This document shows positions 55,250 to 64,000 of a DNA stretch of 64,000 nt, in pieces. Positions within the stretch are counted from its first letter, which is position 1. Each line of letters starts with the position of its first letter. The stretch is from Epithemia pelagica (Eukaryota > Protista > Bacillariophyta). Below the pieces are notes generated by a model. The model was given only the letters and a program-made list of their open reading frames with translations, made no database searches and had not been told where the DNA came from. The translations under genes were made by a program, and so were the position numbers. The stretch spans positions 1,178,001 to 1,242,000 of the forward strand of contig OX337241.1 of NCBI GenBank assembly GCA_946965045.2, written 5' to 3'.

Positions 55250-57752
55250 TCGAAAATGATTTTGTTTGTGCCAGGTACTCTGTGAGTTCTGGTAGTCGCG
55301 ACGGTCTGTTGTGGCGAACGTATTGAACTATGAGTTCGATTTCGTGTCCGGTTGCGGCCGAATATTGTTGTTCGTTGTTGTTGTCGACGTCAGTGACTTC
55401 GTCGTCTTGGTCGTCGGGGATGAGGGACCGGGAGCGATCGTCGTCGTCTTCTGTTTCCATTCTGTTGTCATGGTTGTGCTCATCTGTTTCATCGTAGGAG
55501 AAATGTTGCTCGGCCAGTGGGGCGAATTGGTTTTGTTGTGCCGGTGGTTTTGAGTCCTCTTCTGGTTGTTCTGCGGAGTCGTTGTGGTGGGAGGCGTGGG
55601 CGGCTATGGTTGTCCAGTCTGCCTTGTCGTCATATGGGTCGTCGTCGTCGTTTTCGTCCGTGTCCTGCATGGAGGAGGCACTTCGTTTGTTTGGCGGAGG
55701 GGTTTCCAAGGAGTTGTTTCGTGGATGAGTGGTTGGTGTGTTCGGTACGTTGTCGTGGTTGTCTTGGTCGTCGGCCAGGGAGCTATGTTTTCGCCGCAAG
55801 AGTCGGTTGGTAAAGGCGAGGAGTCGGTTGGTGTGGGAGGAGGAGGATGGTGTGGACGCTTCTTGGTTGTTGTTTTGTTGGCGGGGAGGAGTCGCCGCTA
55901 CGGCCGCCAATGTTGGTAGGAGGATGTTTGTTGGAAACTGGGGGTGCTGCCTAATCGTGTTTGTTGTCAGGTGGTGAGTATCTGGGGTGGCCCTCAGATA
56001 CAGGGTGTAATATTGGGCGGATGGGTCAAGGTTGTCGTATTCGGGGAACACCGCCACGTATTCACGGATGTGCCTGAGTTGGGCCCAGTCTCCGTCGGTT
56101 GCTTCATGGTTGATCGGCCTGAGGCGGATTTTTACACAGGCCCCATAGAACTGGTCTATATCTTTTAGGGCTTCCAGCGTTGTTGTTCGGTTTGCCTGGG
56201 TCTTCGGCATTGGAATGAGTTGCACTTTGTTGTCGTTCCATGTGAATTCCGTGTTGCGATTCGCCTGTTGGAATGCGTTGTAGCTCCTGAGTAATGACTC
56301 GAAGTTAATCCTTGATGAGGCGGTGACGTAGATGACTGGCACCTGACCTCTTTGTTTCGATTTGAGTTCTCCACTGAACGTACCCGCTCGGATGCCGATG
56401 TGGTCGTAGAACGACATGTCGTTGAGTTTGCGTGGAAGGTGTGCCGTCAGGGACCTCTGGATTCCGTCCGTCAGATCCAGTGCTGCGCGGCGATGTTTCA
56501 CGGTTTGGGCGGGGACGCCCACGATGATTCCGAATGTGTCACTGGTGCGGTTGTTGCACGCGGGTTGATACACATTTATCTGGTCATATCGGGGATTGAT
56601 GGTTGGGTTGGATTGCCGTGTGCCGGGACGGAGGATGTTCTGGTCGCCGTATTCGTCGAAGACAAAATCGTCGACGTGATGACGGTGCCACATCTGAAGG
56701 ACGAAACGAAGGCCTTGTTCGTAGAAGACGTCGGAATCAAAGGCGTCGTTTTCGGGTGCGGGCGACAATGTGACGTGGAACGTCGAGGTGTGGCCGGTTG
56801 TTTTGGTTCGGTTGTTGTCTCCTTGGTTTTGGCGTGGGCTGTACCTGCCCGACTGCTTTGTCTCGATGAAATTGACGGTGTGAACTTGGAGCCACATGGG
56901 TTCTTCTCGCTTCCGGTGATGAGCGAAGACTTCGTTGAGGTGGTTTTTTAACGATTGTTCGGTGAGTCGCGGGAGACTGGACTCGACCTGATGGTTCTGG
57001 TGGTGGTTAACGGCCACGTGGATGTGGAAGAGGATGGCCGGTTCAGGGGAGGGGGCTCTCGTTTTGGTTGGGTTTTTCTTTCGGTATGGGTTGGAAAGGG
57101 GAGTCGATGTGGTTGTTCCACCGTTGTTGTTGTTGTTGTACTCGGGTTCTTCGTTGGGGTTGCCACTGGGGTCGTCGTTGTCGTTGTCCGGTTCGTTGGT
57201 GGCGTTGTGGTTGTTTGTTGGCTGGCGGTTCTGGTCGCTCTCGTGGTTGTTGTGGAAACTGGTTGGGCTGCTGTTCGTGTCAGTGGGGGCCATGGTCGTG
57301 GAGGTGGCTGGGTTGTCTTCTGGACGGTGGTGGTGGTGTTCTCCTTGGGTTTGGTTGGTCGTGTTGGTTTTTTCTGCGTTTTTTTCGTTTTCTTTTTCGA
57401 TGTTTGTGGTATTTTTGTTGTTCTGGTGGTGGTGGGTTTCTTCATGGGTGGATCGTTTGGCTGGGTGGATGGGACGGCGGTCCGGGGTGACGGAAATGGT
57501 GGTGACCTGCATCTTGGTTGTTCCGATCGGTTTGGTCGGGCTTGGTCCTAGGGTAGACTCGGCTCGGGTTTTGTTGCGGGTCTGATGACGGCCGGCGGTC
57601 GGTTTAGAGTGGAGTTGCATCGTTGAGATGGAGGGCTGGCTGCTGGTTCTTGCTTCTGCTCGGGACTCTTGTTGAAAACTCGTTGTTGATGGATGTCGGT
57701 CGCACAATGGTTTTGGAATGGGGCATTCAGTCGCCAAAAGATTCCGTGACAT
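55119..57752 (-). CDS. ORF1 of the non-LTR element, with N/T/D-rich disordered ends and a globular centre
   Basis: 877-aa open frame on the same strand, directly upstream of ORF2 and overlapping it by 131 nt. Confidence 0.7.
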   Translation of the reverse strand: MSRNLLATECPIPKPLCDRHPSTTSFQQESRAEARTSSQPSISTMQLHSKPTAGRHQTRNKTRAESTLGPSPTKPIGTTKMQVTTISVTPDRRPIHPAKRSTHEETHHHQNNKNTTNIEKENEKNAEKTNTTNQTQGEHHHHRPEDNPATSTTMAPTDTNSSPTSFHNNHESDQNRQPTNNHNATNEPDNDNDDPSGNPNEEPEYNNNNNGGTTTSTPLSNPYRKKNPTKTRAPSPEPAILFHIHVAVNHHQNHQVESSLPRLTEQSLKNHLNEVFAHHRKREEPMWLQVHTVNFIETKQSGRYSPRQNQGDNNRTKTTGHTSTFHVTLSPAPENDAFDSDVFYEQGLRFVLQMWHRHHVDDFVFDEYGDQNILRPGTRQSNPTINPRYDQINVYQPACNNRTSDTFGIIVGVPAQTVKHRRAALDLTDGIQRSLTAHLPRKLNDMSFYDHIGIRAGTFSGELKSKQRGQVPVIYVTASSRINFESLLRSYNAFQQANRNTEFTWNDNKVQLIPMPKTQANRTTTLEALKDIDQFYGACVKIRLRPINHEATDGDWAQLRHIREYVAVFPEYDNLDPSAQYYTLYLRATPDTHHLTTNTIRQHPQFPTNILLPTLAAVAATPPRQQNNNQEASTPSSSSHTNRLLAFTNRLLRRKHSSLADDQDNHDNVPNTPTTHPRNNSLETPPPNKRSASSMQDTDENDDDDPYDDKADWTTIAAHASHHNDSAEQPEEDSKPPAQQNQFAPLAEQHFSYDETDEHNHDNRMETEDDDDRSRSLIPDDQDDEVTDVDNNNEQQYSAATGHEIELIVQYVRHNRPSRLPELTEYLAQTKSFSNDTDAQDAWRYAQSLVQTDDRHVAGPRTSHDVPHGKWAKGPNE

Positions 57753-58155
57753 ACGAAAACGCCATCAACTCGGTTGCTCGAGTGTAAGTCGCATGAATGT
57801 CGCCATTCCAGAATTCTTCAGTTGCGCTACTAACAAAAAGTCTGACGTCAACCAAAATTCGTCCTGTCAATGAATTCTGAAGAATGTCTGGCGTAGGCCA
57901 CGTATTTCCTGTTTTATTATTAACAAACGAGAGAGACAAGAGATTCTGACAAGATCACTCACTTTTTGAGTTAAGCTTTTTGGTGTCTTTTTGATTGGAC
58001 ACGTACTTCTTGGTTTGATGAATGGATGATTGATTGTTGATGCCTTTCCATCATCCATTATTTCTATTATCTCCTCTCTATTCATTCCCTTGTCTCGACA
58101 TCGTGCGTTTGCTGACACTGTAGAGTCAGTTTGCAGAGCGAAATCATAGGGAGAC

Positions 58156-59301
58156 ATGCAGCATTCTTCTCCACCATCATCCCAGGGTGCTACCATGGGC
58201 GGTGGTAGGCCTACGGTGCATGGAGGCGAGAACGAGGAACGGGTGCAGACGGTGGTGTTTTTACGCCATGGCATTGCGCAGCATAATTACAGTGGTGCCA
58301 ATCTAACGTCTCCCACCTTGTTTGATCCTCCCTTGGTCCATGCAGGCAAAGTGGGAGCCTTGGAGGCGGGTCAAAAGATTCAACTGTGGTTCCTCTCCAC
58401 CAAGGGAATCTCCAGCCCCGAATTGGTGATTAGTTCACCCCTCACACGTTGCCTCCAAACCGCAAGTTTGGCCTTTTTACCGGGGGATCGGTATCCGACA
58501 CCAACGAATCCAACACCCACTACAACTCCTACGACCCCGCAGGACCACTCCATGGACCCGGATCGTCCTGCTGGTGAGAGGAGGGTAGCAAAGGACGCCG
58601 AACAGGACGTGGTAGTGCGTGCGACTACACCCTCGCTCCGTACACCCATTGTTTGTGTCGAGTATGTTCGAGAAGCCTACGGAATGCATTACCCGGATCG
58701 GCGAAGGCCCCTATCCGTATTAAAGGTATGGACATTATTTGCGTACTTGCTTTTATCCCGTAACGACAGTCGATGCCTAAAATCGTGTAGTTTACGTACT
58801 TTGTCTACAACACTTAACACTGTCCTCACGTTCTCCTACAATGATCATGATATCCTCACATACATGTACTGTCTTTTTTCTCGTGTGCATCACCCAATAC
58901 GACTCGTCTCGACAACAACTCAAAAGAGTCATTGGTCGCCGCCCATTCAATTTGATCATCGCATGACGGAACAAGATGAACTGTGGTCGGAACAGACACG
59001 GGAATCTTATACGCAGTTGGAAACTCGCATTGCCGAGTTTTTGACCTTGTTGTGTCAGCGACCAGAAACCAACATTGTGGTAGTATCACATGGAGTGTGG
59101 ATGGAAACCCTCTTCCAACGCCATGATCCACAAGCCTTGCAAGGTCCACCCAACAAGGACGGTGGCATGACTACTCGTCGTGTCTACAACTGCAATGCCT
59201 TTGCTTCCCACTGTGTCTCGTCATTGTCGTCGTCGTCATCGGGCAAACATGGTGGAGGATCATCGTCCTTTCTACGACTGGAGAATACCCATCTCATTTA
59301 A
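58156..59301 (+). CDS. Histidine phosphatase / phosphoglycerate mutase-like protein; predicted exons 58156-58725 and 58927-59301
   Basis: FLRHGIAQHN, SSPLTRCLQTA and VVSHG. A GT-AG in-frame 201-nt intron (58726-58926) would remove a non-protein-like stretch. Confidence 0.85.
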   Translation: MQHSSPPSSQGATMGGGRPTVHGGENEERVQTVVFLRHGIAQHNYSGANLTSPTLFDPPLVHAGKVGALEAGQKIQLWFLSTKGISSPELVISSPLTRCLQTASLAFLPGDRYPTPTNPTPTTTPTTPQDHSMDPDRPAGERRVAKDAEQDVVVRATTPSLRTPIVCVEYVREAYGMHYPDRRRPLSVLKVWTLFAYLLLSRNDSRCLKSCSLRTLSTTLNTVLTFSYNDHDILTYMYCLFSRVHHPIRLVSTTTQKSHWSPPIQFDHRMTEQDELWSEQTRESYTQLETRIAEFLTLLCQRPETNIVVVSHGVWMETLFQRHDPQALQGPPNKDGGMTTRRVYNCNAFASHCVSSLSSSSSGKHGGGSSSFLRLENTHLI

Positions 59302-59885
59302 ACACAGGGCGACGCGCAAGCAGACTGAGAAATCGTGTCATGCGTCGCCAGCAGATCATTCGAGGAGGAGCACGCTTGAAGAATCTACGCTTGAGACGCT
59401 TTCAAGGTATCTCCAACAAGGACATGTTCTCATAGATGAGCTACACTGTCGGTCCGTTTTGAGGATGGACCATGACGAGGTCAACACTGGGCAACGCAAG
59501 CATTCAAGTGGATGGAGATCAATGAGCATTCTGTATTCTGGATCATGGCACACAGTATACTTTCGACAGGTGGATGCAAAGAGATGTGGTATCTTGATAT
59601 TCATTCCAAGACCGCCTCATAGGTGAGTCAGCGATAGGACTAGGACCGTTTGTGAAACACCTTTGAGAAATTATAGCTCATAGCAAGCATGGATAGACTA
59701 CACTTCGCTCTCTAGCCTTCTATCTACTTAGTGACGTGTTTTCCAAACTACAATGTGAAGGAAAACTGTTGGAGAACATGCGCATACTAAAAACTGCAAA
59801 TTTAGATAAATGTATCAAGTATCAACTGCAACGGGAATCGACTGTGTACGAGTAAAGAATGTGCATACATTGGACCTTTCGGTGT

Positions 59886-62800
59886 CTAAAAGTGGGAGCT
59901 TTCAGAAACTTCTCCTCCAGAACCTTCCGATACATCCGACAGAAGCAAGTTGGGTTCAGTCTCTGCATCCAACGCGCTCATGATTGCTTTCGCTTCGGCT
60001 TCGCATTGCAGGGCAATAACAACCGCATCTTCGGTCGCTTGTTGTTGACGGCAACGCTCTTGGATCATATCAATGATACGAGCCATTCCGCGCTGGTACT
60101 CTAGACGGGCTTCCGCCTGTTCCATGTATTGATCTTGGATCTTGAACACCTTCCCTCGTAGCTTTTTGTTCTCCTCCTTTGTTCTGTCCAACACGAAAGT
60201 GATATCATTCATCTTGTCGTTGTGAACACGAGCGATCTCGTTGAGATCATCGAAATCACAACACATGGAAGAGTTGCTTTCGTGAAGCAAGACATTGTTG
60301 TCCTTGAGTGCATCCCATTTCTTTTGGAGCTTTTCCTGGGCTTTGCGACTAGTCGTGCCTTCTCGTTTCAGGAATTCGATAAGTTTCTTGTTTTCACCCA
60401 ACTTTTTCTTCTGTTCCACCTGGACTACATGATCATGCTTAGCTTCCTTCTCGCGCTCTCGCAAGCGTTCTGCGTACGTCTCGTTCTCCCGTCGGGCTTC
60501 TCTGCGGCGATCCCTCAAGGTCTCCACTTGATCGTTCGTGCTGCGGTCTGATTCTGACATTGCATTTTGGAGATCACGCAACTGAGATTTCAATTCCTTC
60601 AGCTTTGATTCGCGCTCTCTTTGCCGGGCCCGCTGTCGTTCTAGTCGCTCGCGCCGTTCTAGTTCTTCGCTTTCGCGGCGTTGTCGTTCGACCTGTTCCT
60701 GTTGCTGTCGTCGAGACCTTCGCGATCCTCCTCCATTTCTTCCTTGTCGCACAAGCCAACCACGAACAACGCGTTGGATTGTAATGGCCTGGGCATCCAA
60801 GTCTCCCAAACGATTCATTTCCAACCACTCCAAGGCTCCTGCCCTGAAATAGGATTTGGTCTTACCAACCACAAAAGCTTCCACCATTTCTCCCGTCTGC
60901 TTATTGCGGACTCGCTTGGAATGGAGGAGGGTGCGAAGTAAGGCGTTGCATGCCTGAGCACGTTGTTTCGCAACCGAGGAGCCTCCAGTTGTCGACAACA
61001 GATGTGAATCGGCCATACTGGAATAACGTGCCAGTACTGCCGTATTTTCCAAACTGTTGGGAAAGACAGATCGGGTAATGGTAATCCCGGCAACGACACC
61101 TGCGCATTGGAGTTGCTCTACAACCGGTTTATGCTCCATAATCAAAGGAGCCTTTTGCGTATTTGGTTTGATGCATCGAATGTATCGTGACTTGGTTTGG
61201 TGCAACAAGTCCATAAGATTGTGCAATTGATTCTTGTATTTGGTCCAAACGGTTGGGGCAACCAAGTTGCTTTCTTTGCGACCCACTATCCGACCTCGTG
61301 TGGACGAGGACTGTTTCTTGTTTTTGTCACTCTTTTTGTTGGAAATGGCCGGTTCACTTCGGGGTGCTCGCACAATGTCGTTGGAACACTTTTCGGCACA
61401 TTCCTGCAAGTCGGTGGGTAAGGTATCTTGATTGCGTTCCACAAAGCCCTCGGCGTCGTACATGACGTCGCCAGCATAATGTTGGATTGCAAACGACAAT
61501 CGGTCCGTCGGATGAATCTTGAGGCAGGGTGAATCCCGGTTGGCCTTGAGGGCCTTTTGGACATATTCCATGGCATTGCCCCTGGGTCGAACACATTCTT
61601 CGTTCAGCAAGGCCAACAAACCAGTGGGTCGTCCTTCAATCAAGTCCAACACGTCCGTGTTATCATCGTAGTAAATTTCCTTGAGAGGAATGCCCTCAGC
61701 GTGGTACTCTTCTTGGACAACACGGAAGACATCTTGTGTAAACTTGTGTTGCAGCTTTTCGTTGGCATAATTGATACAGAGTTGCTCAAATCGATTCACT
61801 TGGAACGTTTCAAAGCCAAAGATATCGAGCAAACCAATGAGTCCAATGTCTCGTTTTCGTGACCCATAGTATCCATCGTACTCATCCTCTGGATCGTTGG
61901 CATCAACCGCAGTGGCCTGGTTGATCTTTTGTACCAACCACAAAAAGACCTTTTGATAAATTTCCTTGGCCAATGCATCACACGCTTCCTTGGCTGAGGT
62001 TGCATTCAATGGAACCTTGTGCGTTTCGCATTGTGTTGTAAAGGTCCTTTGCGTAAACGCCAGAGTCAAGTCTCTCTCCGTGACATTCATGAGCTCGGCC
62101 AAGTCGGCAAGCTCTGCCTTGGTACTAACCACTGAGTGATCGTGATCGGCTGGATCGGGCGAAAACCCAATGTTTCCCAATTGCAATACCACACATACAG
62201 CCTGCATCAATGTCGTGAGGAGTTGGTCCTTGACATTGATCAATTTCAAGGCACGCAAGGTTTCTTCAAACTGCGACTCATCATCAAGAGGATCCATATC
62301 GGACGTATCCGTTCGGCGCTTGTGCAAAGGATTCACTGGTGCCGTGGCGCCGACATATCCAAAAGATGAGGCCGTGGCATGGTCCAATTTGTGCCAAAAT
62401 TGTGCCCTGTCCGGACTGGCCAAGAGTTGGTAGAAAATGTGAAAGTTGCGTTCTGAATCTTCATGCTGTACGACACGATTCTTTTCCAACAAGTATACCT
62501 CACACTTGCTTCCCACCAAGGCACAATGACGGCTGCGATTGCCCGTGTCCAACATGGAAGAATCATTGCCACTGCTACTGGTCTTGGACCAATCAAATTG
62601 CAACTGCAAATACTTTCCGAATCGTGAAGAGTTGTCGTTGCGACGCGTCTTGGCATTGCCAAAGGCTTCCAACAAGGGATTTGAATCCACAATACGCTGG
62701 ACAATGGGGTCATTCTGGTTGCTATAGTCCGTGCCGTATTGAGCCTCTGGTCCCCGTTGTGTGCTGGCAATGTGATTCAAGCAAATCTTGACCGTTTCTG

Positions 62801-63561
62801 TCTTGCCTGCTCCCGATTCTCCAGATACAAGAATCGACTGATGCTCTCTACCGTACTCCCCACCAATGGTCAAACCCTTGTAGGCCAAGGCCGATACTTC
62901 GTAAACATGTGGCTCCATACTCGCTCGTGGATCCTCCTCAAGATTCTGATCCCACACAAGGCGATGAGAGTAGTAGACACGCTTCTTCTCCGTGTACAAG
63001 TCCGAATACCATTGGTACGGATTAACGGCAATCACAATATCTCCTGTACGTGTGTATGGCTTTTCAGACAGATGACGCTTCTTAAGATTGTACAAGAGAG
63101 CAGCCTGTCGGAGCGTACCATGCAGCAACGAAAAGGTTGTGAGAGACACTTTTCGTACAAGGACACAAAACGACAACAACGACGACGAAATGCATTTTGA
63201 CACTAGAAAAACGTACCTCGTGCATAAACGGAAGGGAAACCATGTCTGGGAAATCTTGAAGGTTTCCATTGACATCGACATTTTGCATGGGCAACAAACC
63301 ATTGGGATAGTCGGAAAGATCCACCTCTTCTTCCCTTGAGTATTTTTGAGTTTTGCGACTTCCGCATTGAACCATTTGTTGCTCTGTCTTGAACAAGGGC
63401 CTCACAACCGTCGCTCGGGATGGTTCGCCATGCTCATCTGTTGTGGCCTTGACCTGAATGGCTGGAATCCAGGAATGATCTTTGGAACGAAGGTACACAT
63501 ACGTGTTCTTGTTGCCCTTTCCGGCTGCTTCGTCCTGTTGATTTCGTGACGTTCTTGCCAT
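59886..63561 (-). CDS. Myosin heavy chain, about 1187 aa (motor, one IQ, coiled coil); predicted exons 63561-63217 and 63104-59886
   Basis: GESGAGKT, NDNSSRFGK, LLDIFGFE, NEKLQ, RYIRCIKPN and IQRVVRG. The intron GTACGT...GACAG (63216-63105) joins FMHE to AALLYNLK in frame. Confidence 0.92.
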
Positions 63562-64000
63562 GGTAACGAGTCGATCAAACCTCCTTGTGTCCTGTAATAG
63601 AATTTATGGAGGGAAAAGTATGCAAGAGGAGCCAAAGAAGCAAACGTCGAGACTCTCTAAATCAATGAATGGGTGAAGGGATCTTGCCAGATCCAACAAA
63701 AAATGAAGATGATTGGGATCGATTGATTCCTTTTTTCTGTTATTGCCCACCCAATTCATTATGGGACCCTGGGAATGAGCGGGCTTAGCTAAAACGATGG
63801 TGCCAACTGGTTGTCATCACTCGCAACAGGTTCACTTAGCCGACGCGATTTCGCAGGGAAAGATTGTCCTACACAATAATTATACAAGCTCTGTTGACTG
63901 GTTGGGTGGGGAGTACTTTTCTCCCAAGACAAGACATGAATGCGAGGCTGATTTGTCTCTTGGGCAATTCTATTTTGGTCTTGATCTTGTATCATTAAGA

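Larger units (their letters stand above)
51150..57770 (-). mobile_element. Two-ORF non-LTR retrotransposon with a C-terminal restriction-like endonuclease (CRE-like); ends approximate
   Basis: Overlapping ORF1 and ORF2, and an A/C-rich 3' UTR after the ORF2 stop. No convincing TSD was found. Confidence 0.75.

Noticed and set aside
51467-57585. Numerous plus-strand ORFs antisense to the retrotransposon, and similar ORFs antisense to the host genes
   Set aside because: They are shadow ORFs of strongly coding opposite strands and have no motifs.
51145-57773. AACTCGG at 51145-51151 and 57767-57773 as a TSD of the non-LTR element
   Set aside because: A 7-bp match is expected by chance given the uncertainty in both ends.

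Overview
Eukaryotic genomic DNA, most likely a diatom. This is inferred from compact genes, short GT-AG introns, bipartite plastid-type presequences and the myosin, ferroportin and DUF1995 gene types; no database search was run. The left 35 kb is a stack of nested mobile elements. (1) A tyrosine-recombinase ORF (34-1155) of DIRS/Ngaro type. (2) A 33.2 kb AcademH-like DNA transposon (2253-35430) with TA...TA termini, imperfect TIRs, a perfect 10-bp TSD (CGCAAGCTAC), a DUF6589-like transposase and a convergent, decayed RecQ-like helicase. (3) A 25.3 kb Plavaka/CMC-type transposon (5548-30881) with a 10-bp TIR GCGTCTAAGG and an AT duplication, inserted at the GD motif of the Academ transposase; removing it restores the reading frame exactly. 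The Plavaka element carries its transposase, a divergent spliced accessory gene, two paralogous Cys-rich genes and two satellite arrays (105 bp and 170 bp units). It also carries a double-RING ORF that a predicted GC-AG intron would fuse in frame to a TET/JBP-like Fe(II) dioxygenase, which is the most interesting system in the window. The right 29 kb holds host genes: two convergent ferroportins, a SAM methyltransferase, a P450 with two in-frame stops, a DUF1995 protein, two unknown genes, a histidine phosphatase and a myosin. It also holds an 806-bp non-autonomous Academ element with its own 10-bp TSD and a two-ORF RLE-type (CRE-like) non-LTR retrotransposon. Family names come from motif recognition by eye.
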